This document shows positions 35,751 through 45,489 of a stretch of 64,000 bases of DNA, piece by piece (position 1 is the first letter of the stretch; every line of letters begins with the position of its first letter). The stretch is from Patescibacteria group bacterium. Its GTDB lineage: Bacteria > Patescibacteriota > Patescibacteriia > UBA10025 > JBIOWE01. A program made the position numbers and the translations under genes. The stretch covers positions 151,707 through 215,706 of the forward strand of contig JBIOWE010000006.1 in assembly GCA_044868145.1 (NCBI GenBank), read 5' to 3'. The notes under the pieces were generated by a model that was given only the letters and a program-made list of their open reading frames with translations, ran no database searches and had not been told where the DNA came from.

Positions 35751-36875
35751 TTATTTTGTAATGATCCTAGGAAGGGAAGGATTGATACGGGAAACGATTT
35801 CGTAGTGAATTGTTTTTGCTTGATGAGCGAGTTCATTCGCGGTCATTTCTTCCGGGCCATCGTGACCAAGCAATACTACTTTGTCCCCTACTCTGACTTT
35901 GGGGATGTGTGTAACGTCAACCATCGTGAGGTTCATGCAGATGCGCCCGCGTACCGGGGCGCGCTTGCCCTGGACCAGCACGTCGGCATTGTTCGACAGA
36001 CTCCTATCGTACCCTTCATAGTAGCCGACTGGTAATACGGCGATCCTGGCAGGTCGTTTTGCCCGATATATGCGACCATAGCCAACGGTTGTGCCTCGTG
36101 ACACGGTTTTGACTTGAATAATGCGGGTATACCACGAAAGCCCTGGTTTCAGTGATATGCGGTTTTTGAAGCCGTTCTGAACTGACGATAATCCGTATAA
36201 AGAAATGCCGAGCCGCACCATGCTCAAGCGTGTATGTGGGTTCATAATTGTGGATGCGCTGCATGCGGCATGGCGCATCGGTATGTGCATTCCTTGCTGT
36301 TCAAGGTGCTTTATGGTTTGTTGGAATGCGGTAAGTTGCTTATTGGTAAATGCTTGGTTGATATTTTCGGAGTCAGCAAAATGGGTAAAAATCCCTTCCA
36401 GCGTTAAGCCCGGGAGTTTTTGTATCGCTTGGACGAATCGAACTGTGCCATTCGGTAGTACACCAAGCCGTGTTGTGCCGGTATCTATTTTGACATGGAT
36501 CATCGCGCGTTTGTTCAGACGGCGGCTCATGGCCGAAAGGTAGTGCGCCTGCTCAAGCGTGTACATGGGGAATCGGACTTTTGCCGTAATACCTTGGCGA
36601 ACCTGGTCGTTGTCCTGGTTGAAGTAGCTTAATACCATGATAGGCGCCTTGAGCCGCGCATGAATAAGGTTCAACGCCTCGTCAAGGTTCGCGACGCCGA
36701 GCCAGTCTGCACCGGCGCTTTTGAAAACCTTGGCGCATTCAACCATGCCATGCCCGTAAGCATTGGATTTGACGACGGCCATGATGCTTGTTCTATGTCC
36801 AACCAGTTTTCGAAACTGTTTGACATTATGAACGAAGCTTGAACGTGAAATTTCAAGCCACGTCAGTCCTTCCAT
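35751..36875 (-). CDS. alr: Alanine racemase
   Basis: AVVKSNAYGHG, HVKIDTGTTRLG, THFADSE, VRLGISLYG, GRICMN, TIHYEI. Confidence 0.97.
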   Translation of the reverse strand: MEGLTWLEISRSSFVHNVKQFRKLVGHRTSIMAVVKSNAYGHGMVECAKVFKSAGADWLGVANLDEALNLIHARLKAPIMVLSYFNQDNDQVRQGITAKVRFPMYTLEQAHYLSAMSRRLNKRAMIHVKIDTGTTRLGVLPNGTVRFVQAIQKLPGLTLEGIFTHFADSENINQAFTNKQLTAFQQTIKHLEQQGMHIPMRHAACSASTIMNPHTRLSMVRLGISLYGLSSVQNGFKNRISLKPGLSWYTRIIQVKTVSRGTTVGYGRIYRAKRPARIAVLPVGYYEGYDRSLSNNADVLVQGKRAPVRGRICMNLTMVDVTHIPKVRVGDKVVLLGHDGPEEMTANELAHQAKTIHYEIVSRINPSLPRIITK

Positions 36876-36930
36876 AATGTAAAATGTAAAAATAAAAAAT
36901 CAAAATGACAGATTAAAATTTATAAATATT

Positions 36931-37163
36931 CTTCTTTTTGAACCGCCCTTACGAAGCAATCGTCAAGAACTGCGGAGCGAAGAGGAGCGATCCCCCACCT
37001 CGAGCTTTGTCGATAGGTGGGGGATTTGATCCCGCTGTGTGAGGCCGAACTTGTCGAGGCCGAGTTCGGGTCAAAAGCGACGATGAGCCTGCAGTTCTCG
37101 ATTGCGGAGTCGGGCGGCGACTTTTTTCCGTCGCTTTTTTGGTCGTTCAAAAAAGCGACGAAA
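36931..37163. repeat. Large nested inverted-repeat element (structured RNA or composite REP)
   Basis: CCGCCC/GGGCGG, GCAATCG/CGATTGC and GAACTGC/GCAGTTC closing stems; two apical hairpins; followed by CGTCGCTTTTTTG/CAAAAAAGCGACG. Confidence 0.6.
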
Positions 37164-37165
37164 CA

Positions 37166-38431
37166 TCAGATTTTGTTTTTGGGACTAATCTTCTTGATTC
37201 CTACGAATTTTTTTAGCGCCTTTGGAATGACTACGGAACCATCCATTTGTTGGTGGTTCTCGAGTATGGCAATAAGCGTGCGTCCGATCGCGTAGGCCGT
37301 TCCATTAAGCGTGTGTACAAAGGCCAACCCTTTTGGCGTTTTGAAGCGAATATGGAGCCGACGGCTTTGGAAATCCGTGCACGTGGAAATGGATTGGAGT
37401 TCGCGATAGCGGTTCTCTGACGGTATCCATGCCTCGATGTCGTACGTGCGGGCTGACGGAAACGACAGGTCGCCTGTGCATAAGCTCACAATGCGATACG
37501 GAATTTCGACTTTTTTCATAAGTTCTTCTGCTGCACCAAGCAGGAGTTGGAATTCACTTTCGGCTTGCTCCGGAGGTGAAAACGACACCATTTCAACTTT
37601 ATCGAATTGATGCACACGGAAAATGCCACGCGTATCTTTGCCGTAGGAGCCGGCCTCGCGGCGAAAACAGGTGGAGAATCCCGCGTATCGGATCGGTAAA
37701 TCTTTTGCCTCCAGCGTCTGTTCCGCATGCATGGGAATCAACGCGTGTTCTGCAGTGCCGATGAAATAGAGTTTGTCTTTGTCCAAATGGTAGCGTTCGT
37801 CCCTCCCCTGCCCTTCGAGGTAGCCTAGTCCTTCCATGTTTTCATCTTTCACAAGTTGTGGCGGAATGACGGGTGTAAACCCTTTTTTGAGGAGGGTGTC
37901 AAAGGCGAGTTGGACAAGGCCGAATTCGAGAAGCGCAGCTTCGTTTTTCAGATATCCAAAGCGCGTACCTGATACGTGAGCAGCTGTTTTCGTGTCAATC
38001 AGGTCGAGCGCTTTGCCCAATTCGTCGTGTGACTTTGGTTTGAACGAAAAGCGCGTGGTTGCACCGACTTCTCGCAGCACCTTATTCTCCGACGCGTCTT
38101 TACCAATGGGTACGTCCGACAGCGCCAGATTCGGCAGCTGTCGCAGCATGGCATTGCGTTCCGCTTCCAGCTTACGCACTTCTTGTTTGAGGTCGTCGGC
38201 CTTCTTATCGATTTGCTTCATGCTCGCGATGATGTCTTTTCTGTCGCCGCCTTTGTTCATTTCGCGATTCGCTTTGTTTTTCTCTGCTTGGTAGGCTTCA
38301 AGTTTGGCCATGGCGCTCCGTAACGCCTCGTCAACCTTCAGCAGGCGGTCAATATCAATTCGCGAACCTTTTTGCAGGAGTTTTTCCTTCAGTTCGTTGG
38401 GGTGTGTTCGAATGTATGCGAGGTCGAGCAT
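37166..38431 (-). CDS. serS: Serine--tRNA ligase
   Basis: MLDL..IR, GTAE, CFRREAGSYGKDTRG..RVHQFDKVE, HTLNGT. Confidence 0.98.
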   Translation of the reverse strand: MLDLAYIRTHPNELKEKLLQKGSRIDIDRLLKVDEALRSAMAKLEAYQAEKNKANREMNKGGDRKDIIASMKQIDKKADDLKQEVRKLEAERNAMLRQLPNLALSDVPIGKDASENKVLREVGATTRFSFKPKSHDELGKALDLIDTKTAAHVSGTRFGYLKNEAALLEFGLVQLAFDTLLKKGFTPVIPPQLVKDENMEGLGYLEGQGRDERYHLDKDKLYFIGTAEHALIPMHAEQTLEAKDLPIRYAGFSTCFRREAGSYGKDTRGIFRVHQFDKVEMVSFSPPEQAESEFQLLLGAAEELMKKVEIPYRIVSLCTGDLSFPSARTYDIEAWIPSENRYRELQSISTCTDFQSRRLHIRFKTPKGLAFVHTLNGTAYAIGRTLIAILENHQQMDGSVVIPKALKKFVGIKKISPKNKI

Positions 38432-38440
38432 AGGTAGTTT

Positions 38441-38995
38441 TTAGAGACCGAGCGTTGGTGCGATGGTTTGCAACGCCGTGAGCACGTGCTGAATGTGTTC
38501 ATCCAAGGAAAGTTTCAGCTCCGCGGCACCTTCTCGTATTTCTTCTCGGTTCACTTGTTTGGCGAAACTTTTTTCCTTCATTTTTTTCTTTACGGCTTCT
38601 ACGTCCACTTCGGCAAGCTTTTTGTTCGGCCGGACTAATGCTACAGCGATAATAAATCCGGAAAGTTCATCGACCGAGAAAATCGCCTTATCCATGGTGT
38701 TTTCTCGCGGTGTACCAGTGTGCGGCGCGTGCGCCAGAACCGCGTGCAATAGCGCCTCTGGCCATCCATGCGTTCGCAGAATTTCTACACCTTTGAATGG
38801 ATGGTCTTTGAGATCCGGATATTGTTCGTAGTCAAAATCGTGAATAAGACCCACAATACCCCAGGTTTCTTCATCCTTCCCAAAGTGCTTCGCGTAATGC
38901 CGCATGGCTGCTTCAACGGCAAGCGCATGCTTCACGAGATTTGGATTTTTTGTGTGCTCCGTCAGCAAGGCGTATGCCGTTTCGCGCGTGATCAT
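38441..38995 (-). CDS. HDIG-domain phosphohydrolase
   Basis: KHALAVEAAM, GLIHDFDYE, DELSGFI, KSFAKQVNR. Confidence 0.9.
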   Translation of the reverse strand: MITRETAYALLTEHTKNPNLVKHALAVEAAMRHYAKHFGKDEETWGIVGLIHDFDYEQYPDLKDHPFKGVEILRTHGWPEALLHAVLAHAPHTGTPRENTMDKAIFSVDELSGFIIAVALVRPNKKLAEVDVEAVKKKMKEKSFAKQVNREEIREGAAELKLSLDEHIQHVLTALQTIAPTLGL

Positions 38996-40461
38996 TCCTG
39001 ATGCTTCGGTTTTAAGGTGGGGAAAAGAATCACTTCTTTGATATTGTGGGAGTTGGTCAGCAATGCGGTCAGTCGATCAATGCCCATGCCGAATCCGGCA
39101 GCAGGCGGCATCCCATACGAAAGCGCCTCGAGAAAATCCTCGTCCATACGCTCGGTCTCTTCGTCACCAGCCTTGTGAAGTTTTTCCTGCTCGAGAAAAC
39201 GTTCGCGTTGGTCTATCGGGTCGTTTAGTTCGGAGAACGCGTTCACGAGTTCGGTTTTGCCGACCAGCAATTGGAATCGCGCCGCGAGTTTTGGATCGTC
39301 CATCTTTCGCTTTGCGAGCGGCGAGAGTTCGATTGGATAATCAACGATAAAGGTAGGCTGGATAATAAAGGGCCGGATAAGCTCTTTGTAGATTTCGTCC
39401 AGAATTTTGGCATACCCGAACTTTTTTTCAATCGTCAATCCGCGTTTCCTCGCCTCGCTTGCCAGCGATTCCGTGGTCGAGTGATGGTCTATATCTATTT
39501 TTGCGAATTCTTTGAATGCGTCGTGGAAGGTCATTCGCTTATATGGAGCAGAGAAATCGATTGATATACCTTCGTATTCGACTTTCAGCGAGCCGGTACT
39601 TTTGTGCACCACGTCCTCGAGCAGTCGTTCGGTAAGCGACATGAGTTTTTCGTAGTCCATATACGCCGCGTAAAACTCTATTTGCGTGAATTCTGGATTG
39701 TGACTATGGTCAATTCCCTCGTTGCGGAAACATCGGCCAATTTCGTACACGCGTTCGTAACCCCCGACAAGCAGGCGTTTCAGGTACAGTTCCGGTGCGA
39801 CCCGCAGGAACAGCGGAATATTTAACGCTTCGTGATGCGTTTTGAATGGCCGGGCAAGGGCGCCGCCGGGGATCGGCTGGAGAATGGGCGTTTCGACCTC
39901 CAGAAAGGATTCCCCATCCAAGAACTCGCGAATCGCTTTTATGACCATGCCCCGTTTTCGGAATATCGCCCGTACCTCGGGATTTGCAATGAGATCAAGG
40001 TATCGCTGGCGATATCGGATCTCCACATCAGATAAGCCGTGCCATTTTTCCGGGAGTGGAGCCAGTGCTTTCGCGATCAAGCGATATTGCTCAACAAGCA
40101 GTGTTTGTTCGCCTTTTTTTGTGCGAAATAGTTTTCCGGTCGCTTCGAGGAAATCGCCGATATCGAGCTGGTCCATCGAGGCTGCGTACGCAGTCTCTCC
40201 AACCGTATCTTTTTTGAGGTAGATTTGTATCCTGTCCGTCCCATCTTCTATATGCATGAACGTCGAGCCCCCATGGAGGCGAATCGTTCGGATGCGTCCT
40301 ACGATGGTGAGCAACCCCTTGCCTTCGAGATCGTTAAATTTCAATTTCGCTTCATGGATTGTGTGCGTTCGGTTGGTTCGCGCTGGATACGGCTCTCTCC
40401 CCTTTTCGCGGATGGCGCGGAGTTTTTTTAAACGAATCTCATGTTGATCAGACGTTTTCAT
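38992..40461 (-). CDS. lysS: Lysine--tRNA ligase (class II)
   Basis: PLPEKWHGL, RYRQRYLDL, FRNEGID..HNPEFT, YGMPPAAG.G.GIDRL; start MKTSD, 7 nt after TATGAT. Confidence 0.98.
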   Translation of the reverse strand: MKTSDQHEIRLKKLRAIREKGREPYPARTNRTHTIHEAKLKFNDLEGKGLLTIVGRIRTIRLHGGSTFMHIEDGTDRIQIYLKKDTVGETAYAASMDQLDIGDFLEATGKLFRTKKGEQTLLVEQYRLIAKALAPLPEKWHGLSDVEIRYRQRYLDLIANPEVRAIFRKRGMVIKAIREFLDGESFLEVETPILQPIPGGALARPFKTHHEALNIPLFLRVAPELYLKRLLVGGYERVYEIGRCFRNEGIDHSHNPEFTQIEFYAAYMDYEKLMSLTERLLEDVVHKSTGSLKVEYEGISIDFSAPYKRMTFHDAFKEFAKIDIDHHSTTESLASEARKRGLTIEKKFGYAKILDEIYKELIRPFIIQPTFIVDYPIELSPLAKRKMDDPKLAARFQLLVGKTELVNAFSELNDPIDQRERFLEQEKLHKAGDEETERMDEDFLEALSYGMPPAAGFGMGIDRLTALLTNSHNIKEVILFPTLKPKHQE

Positions 40462-40542
40462 GTACTGTATCATACCAAAATTCGCTCTTGAGGGCAAACA
40501 AAAAACCACGTTGAAATGCGTGGTTTTCTCTTGTACTTATGG

Positions 40543-41010
40543 TTAATGAATTGTAACGATTTCGAATTTTTTGGTGCCGCTTGGTACAGTGATCAGAACG
40601 GTATCGCCTGGCTTTTTTCCAAGAAAGGCATGGCCAATCGGCGATTCGTTAGATATTTTTCCGATGCTGGGGTCGGCTTCGTTCGAACCGACGATCAGGT
40701 ATTCATGTGTCTTTTTTTCGTCGCGTACTGTAATTTTTGATCCAATTCTGACGGTCCCCGATTTTCGTTTCGTATCCTTGATCACTGTCGCGTGCTTGAG
40801 CAGCGTTTCAATTTCAAGAATTCTGCCTTCAATAAAGGCTTGTTCATTTTTCGCCTCGACATATTCAGCGTTTTCAGAAAGGTCGCCCAGTTCTTTCGCC
40901 TCTTGGATGCGTTCGGCGATTTGGCGACGTTTTACGGTCTTGAGTTCTTCAAGCTCCGCTTGTAATTTTTCCAATCCATGTTGGGTAAGGAATGTGTTTT
41001 GTTCGCTCAT
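40543..41010 (-). CDS. greA: Transcription elongation factor GreA
   Basis: GDLSENAEY..AK.EQ, EADP..GKISNESPIG. Confidence 0.98.
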   Translation of the reverse strand: MSEQNTFLTQHGLEKLQAELEELKTVKRRQIAERIQEAKELGDLSENAEYVEAKNEQAFIEGRILEIETLLKHATVIKDTKRKSGTVRIGSKITVRDEKKTHEYLIVGSNEADPSIGKISNESPIGHAFLGKKPGDTVLITVPSGTKKFEIVTIH

Positions 41011-41132
41011 AGAGTTTAATCTTGAAAAAAATTCAACCCCCGGTCGTGGTCAGAGAGGCCCCCGGAGTTTTTTGCGCATTTCATTTTCCCTTGCTCTATA
41101 GGCAGGATACGCTGCTTTTTCTTTCTCGTCAA
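41011..41132 (-). promoter_or_regulatory. greA promoter and leader with a terminator-like hairpin
   Basis: TTGACG (41132-41127)-N17-TATCCT; AACTCCGG..CCGGGGGTT hairpin followed by a U-run before the ATG. Confidence 0.55.
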
Positions 41133-41156
41133 GTCCTTCAGTGATCCTGTCTGACC

Positions 41157-43082
41157 TCATCGCGAGAACCATTCCTGGAGTGCTTTAAGGGCCACAGGAA
41201 GCGCGGTTTGGTGTCCCTCACCGCCGGATTCGACCATTACCGTAATGGCGATCTCGGGGTGTTCGTACGGTGCGAATGCCGTGAACCAAGCATGCGTCGG
41301 CTTATCGCTGGCCCATTGCGCGGTTCCGGTTTTTCCGGCTGAAGAGACGGAGAGGCTTTGCATTGCCTTGCTCGAACCGCTTATTACCCCTTGGCGCATG
41401 GCAGATTGGATGATCCCGATATTCTTTGCGCTTGCAACGTTTGCAGCAATGGCTTCCCGCGCAATGTCTTTGATTGGTTTACCGGCTTCGTCCGTGATGC
41501 GTTTCACAATATGCGGTTGATAAATGGTGCCGCCGTTTGCGATCATCGCCGTGTAGTTTGCAACTTGAAGAGGAGTAACGAGCAAATCACCTTGGCCTAT
41601 GGCAAGGTGGTACGTGTCGCCGATGTACCATTGCTCCTTTTTGGTTTGTTCTTTCCATTCCATCGAAGGCAAAAAGCCAGTTGCTTCGCCCGCGAGGTCA
41701 ATGCCAAGCAAGCGGTTCAATCCATAACGTTGAAGGTACGTGCGAATTTTTTCAACACCGAGCCCTGTGAATGTCTCATCTCCGCCACCAATTTCATAAA
41801 AAAACGTATTCACCGATTCTGCGATTGCTTTGCGAACGTCAGTCACGCCGTGTCCGCCCGCTTTCCAGTCCGGGAAAAACCACTTATCAATCTGAATACC
41901 GCCCGTGCTCAAGAATGTTGTTCGTTCGGTAATAACACCATCTTCCAAGGCCGCGAGCGCGATAAGAGGTTTGATGGTAGAGCCAGATGGGTATTCGCCC
42001 GATACGGCTCGATAGAAAAGCGGATTCCTGGGGTCTTGTGTAAGCTTCTCGTAGTCCGTCGGGGACAGCCCTTGCACAAAAGCGTTATTGTCGAAAGAGG
42101 GAGCAGACACGATGGCGAGCACTTCGCCATTGCGCGGATCAATGGCTACTGCGGATGCGCCGGTGATTGTTCGGGAATTAGCGACGATCCGCATAATCTC
42201 ATGCGCAAGTGTTGTCTGGAGCTTTTCATCAATAGTTGTCTCAAGGTTTTCTCCGGGCCTGCTGTCCGCTTCCGCTGTTACTTTTTTTTCCTTGCCAAGC
42301 GAGTCCACTTCAACTTGTTTTTTTCCGTGTACACCCTTAACTTCTTGTTCATAATAGGATTCCAACCCGGTTTTGCCTACGAGGTCATTTGTTTCGTATG
42401 TGGTATCTCCTTTGGCGCGGATTGCATTCAGTTCTTCTTTTGAAATTTTCCCAACATAGCCCAAAAGGTGAGCAAACGCTTCCGGATCTTTATAGAGCCG
42501 ACTGCTGGTCAGTTCAACGTCAACGCCTGGCAGACTCGCGCTCGCAATTTCAAGCTTCAATGCTTGTTCATAGGGCAGCTTCTCTTTCACAATAGCAGGT
42601 TCAAAGGAATGCTGTGGTAGCGCTGCGATAAAGGTTTGCAATTCTTCTTCACTCATCATAATAAGGGGTGCAAGCGTTTTGACGAGCGATGCACGGCCAT
42701 CGCCTTTCGGGATGTCGGCAGGCGTGATGGTCACGACAAAGTTTGGCACATTGCTGACGAGCGGCGTTCCGTTCCGATCGAAGATAATGCCGCGCGGAGC
42801 AGGCAGAATTTTGTTGCGGATACGATTTTCTTCGGCCGCAACTTTGTATTCTTCGCCTTTCGCAACTTGGAGGGTGATAACGCGAGCAAACAGTGCGCCA
42901 AGGAGCACGAGAAAAAGCCCAAAAATGATTCTGGTTGTTGCCAAGTTTACGTGCAGGGAGACTGCCTGGCCCGAGGAGACTGCATCATCTCGAAATGAAT
43001 CGCCTTGCCACTTACGCTTGGCGTAATTTTTTATTCGGCTGTTTTGGGTATCAGGTTGTAGAGAAAAAGGATTTTTTTTCAT
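41157..43082 (-). CDS. mrdA: Penicillin-binding protein 2
   Basis: APRGIIFDRNG, GSTIKP (SxxK), SVNTFF (SxN), AGKTGTAQ. Confidence 0.96.
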   Translation of the reverse strand: MKKNPFSLQPDTQNSRIKNYAKRKWQGDSFRDDAVSSGQAVSLHVNLATTRIIFGLFLVLLGALFARVITLQVAKGEEYKVAAEENRIRNKILPAPRGIIFDRNGTPLVSNVPNFVVTITPADIPKGDGRASLVKTLAPLIMMSEEELQTFIAALPQHSFEPAIVKEKLPYEQALKLEIASASLPGVDVELTSSRLYKDPEAFAHLLGYVGKISKEELNAIRAKGDTTYETNDLVGKTGLESYYEQEVKGVHGKKQVEVDSLGKEKKVTAEADSRPGENLETTIDEKLQTTLAHEIMRIVANSRTITGASAVAIDPRNGEVLAIVSAPSFDNNAFVQGLSPTDYEKLTQDPRNPLFYRAVSGEYPSGSTIKPLIALAALEDGVITERTTFLSTGGIQIDKWFFPDWKAGGHGVTDVRKAIAESVNTFFYEIGGGDETFTGLGVEKIRTYLQRYGLNRLLGIDLAGEATGFLPSMEWKEQTKKEQWYIGDTYHLAIGQGDLLVTPLQVANYTAMIANGGTIYQPHIVKRITDEAGKPIKDIAREAIAANVASAKNIGIIQSAMRQGVISGSSKAMQSLSVSSAGKTGTAQWASDKPTHAWFTAFAPYEHPEIAITVMVESGGEGHQTALPVALKALQEWFSR

Positions 43083-43086
43083 CTCT

Positions 43087-43620
43087 TTACGTACGACGAT
43101 TGAGCAGGAAACGAGTACTTAACCGTGTTTTCACGATCCTCGTTCCATGGATGAGCAACAGAACAATTCCAGTATTCAAAACCAATTGAAGCCCCATATC
43201 CCCTACTATTGTTCTGGAAAAAGGAAATGGATAGCGCGAGAGACCAAGGAGGTACGCGCCGTGACTTACGAGAATGAGTGCGATTAAAAAGTTGAGAGTC
43301 GCAAGCGCGGAGAGCGCGATAAAAGAAAGAGTGGATCGGTTTGTAAAAACGTTTTTCGCAAGGAGAAATGTTACGAGGACTGGTAGCGTCCACGCAATCA
43401 GATACGTGCCGTTGATCGAAACGGAATAGATGTCATATAAAATCCCCAGGATGATCCCAGCGGCAATGCCTTGTCGAAACCCCCGATACATGGTGAGGAG
43501 AAACAGGGCGACGAGCGGCAGATTGATCGCAAGCCCAAATGCGTCGCCGGAAGTGAATACGGCGAGATGAAAGATTCCAAGGAAAAGAATCAAGAGTAAA
43601 AGTGCAATTGTTTTGATCAT
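43087..43620 (-). CDS. mreD: Rod shape-determining protein MreD
   Basis: Hydrophobic 5-TM protein with GILYD motif, between mreC and mrdA. Confidence 0.8.
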   Translation of the reverse strand: MIKTIALLLLILFLGIFHLAVFTSGDAFGLAINLPLVALFLLTMYRGFRQGIAAGIILGILYDIYSVSINGTYLIAWTLPVLVTFLLAKNVFTNRSTLSFIALSALATLNFLIALILVSHGAYLLGLSRYPFPFSRTIVGDMGLQLVLNTGIVLLLIHGTRIVKTRLSTRFLLNRRT

Positions 43621-44423
43621 ATGGTAATAACGACGCTTACAATTTGGGGGAGTTGAGCGTTCACCGTTTGGGAAATCGAAGCTTTCTTGAACAGTTCGCC
43701 GGGATTTGACGAAATGGTTTCAACTTGACCGATGACGAGGCCGCGTGGGATATACGTTTCTTGGCCAGAGGTGATTACCCAATCTCCTGCTTCTAGTTTT
43801 TTTTCTTGGGGGATCAACTCCATCGTTAGGGAAAGCCCAAAGGAACCAGTTACCACGCCCTCCGGATTGTCCTCATTTTGCACGACGGCTGCCACACGAC
43901 TTTGGTTATGTTGAAGCAAAAGCGCCAGAGAAGTATTGGCCTGCGTTTGTATGATTGTGCCTATAAACGTTCCTGGTCCAGCGATAAGAGGCATGCCAAC
44001 CCGTATCCCCTGTCCCTCACCTTTATTGATAATGAGCACGTTTGGGTTGTCCGGCGAGTGGCCGATGATTTTTCCCGTAACGAGCCGTAAATTAAATTCC
44101 CGTGCGAAGGCCAGTTCCTGTGTGAGAATTACGTTATCGTTCATCAACTCTCGCAAATTCGTTACTTCGTATTCAAGTTGGCGTGCGCGTTCGGCGAGCT
44201 GGTCGCGTTCGTCCGTCAGTTTCTGTTTGTCGGTGAAATACGTTTGAATATTCTGCAAACCGTTTTCGACACTTCCAAAGAACTCTTGCACTGGATTGAA
44301 AGCCGTCGCAAGGCCTCCTTGCAGGCCGCTATAGACACGTGTTGAGGTAAAGAAAAGAGTAGTACCAATAAGGAGAATAATTAATGGAATAAGAAGAAAG
44401 CTGCGTTGTGGTAAGCGTGCCAT
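43617..44423 (-). CDS. mreC: Rod shape-determining protein MreC
   Basis: TM, coiled coil, INKG..GI..GMP, GD.VITSG...PRGL.IG. Confidence 0.92.
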   Translation of the reverse strand: MARLPQRSFLLIPLIILLIGTTLFFTSTRVYSGLQGGLATAFNPVQEFFGSVENGLQNIQTYFTDKQKLTDERDQLAERARQLEYEVTNLRELMNDNVILTQELAFAREFNLRLVTGKIIGHSPDNPNVLIINKGEGQGIRVGMPLIAGPGTFIGTIIQTQANTSLALLLQHNQSRVAAVVQNEDNPEGVVTGSFGLSLTMELIPQEKKLEAGDWVITSGQETYIPRGLVIGQVETISSNPGELFKKASISQTVNAQLPQIVSVVITI

Positions 44424-44433
44424 GAAAAACGAT

Positions 44434-45486
44434 TTATTTAAGAATACTTTCGCCGCTGGAGAGTACGAGAACTCGCTTTAAGTTTTCCAAGTCTTCTAAA
44501 ACGATGCCCGTACCGCGAACAACAGCCGTCAACGGGTCATCCGTGATGTGGACAGGAATTTGGGTTTCATGGTGGATGAGCTGGTCGAGCCCGCGCAGAA
44601 GTGCGCCGCCTCCCGCAAGAACAATGCCGCGTTCATAGATATCCGCGACGAGTTCAGGGGGCGTTCGTTCAAGAGTTGACTTGATGTTTTCAACCATTGT
44701 ATTAAGCGATCGCGCGATTGCTTCCCGTACATGGCTGCTCGTGACCGCGACTTCTTTCGGAAGACCAGTGATAAGATCCCGACCTCGCATTTTTGTCTCG
44801 TGTGGGTGTTCTTCTTCAATTGCAGACCCAATTTTGATTTTTATTTCTTCTGCCGTTCGTTCGCCAAGCAGCAGGTTGAATCGCTCACGGGCATACTGAA
44901 TGATATTGCGATCAAGCTCGTCGCCCGCTACGGTCAGTGATTTCCAGGTGACAACCCCGCCGAGGGAGATAACGGCAATTTCGGTTGTTCCCCCACCGAT
45001 ATCAACAACCATATTGCCGGACGCGTCCTGGATAGGCAGTCGGGAGCCGATCGCTGCGGCAACTGGCTCTTCGATCAGGTATGCTTCTCGAGCGCCGGCG
45101 TGCACGGTCGCGTCTTCCACGGCTTTCCGTTCCACTTCGGTAACGCCGAGCGGGATGCCAATGACAATGCGCGGCCTCGGCAGAATGGTAAACCCCTCGC
45201 GATGGACTTTATTGATGAAATACTTCAACATTTTTTCCGTGACTTCGAAGTCAGAAATAACGCCGTTCACGAGTGGCCGGACCGCGACAATATGGGATGG
45301 AGTTTTCCCGACCATACGGCGCGCTTCCTCTCCGACTGCGAGAATTTGGTCTGTGCGCGTGTTGATCGCCACAACCGACGGCTCATTAATGACGATGCCG
45401 CGGTCTTTTACATACACAAGCGTGTTGGCCGTTCCCAGGTCAATGCCCATGTCGCGCGAAAATTTTCCGAGTAACGATTTGAACAT
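44434..45486 (-). CDS. mreB: Rod shape-determining protein MreB
   Basis: GIDLGTANT, EPSVVA, DIGGGTTE, GGGALL. Confidence 0.98.
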   Translation of the reverse strand: MFKSLLGKFSRDMGIDLGTANTLVYVKDRGIVINEPSVVAINTRTDQILAVGEEARRMVGKTPSHIVAVRPLVNGVISDFEVTEKMLKYFINKVHREGFTILPRPRIVIGIPLGVTEVERKAVEDATVHAGAREAYLIEEPVAAAIGSRLPIQDASGNMVVDIGGGTTEIAVISLGGVVTWKSLTVAGDELDRNIIQYARERFNLLLGERTAEEIKIKIGSAIEEEHPHETKMRGRDLITGLPKEVAVTSSHVREAIARSLNTMVENIKSTLERTPPELVADIYERGIVLAGGGALLRGLDQLIHHETQIPVHITDDPLTAVVRGTGIVLEDLENLKRVLVLSSGESILK

Positions 45487-45489
45487 TGG

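Noticed and set aside
36920-37150. 76-aa - strand ORF over the nested inverted repeat
   Set aside because: No recognisable protein features; the sequence is better explained by its secondary structure
41358-42443. Long antisense ORFs (361 aa here; also 29713-30546, 22402-23208, 11084-11794)
   Set aside because: Shadow frames opposite well-supported genes, with no motifs or initiation signals
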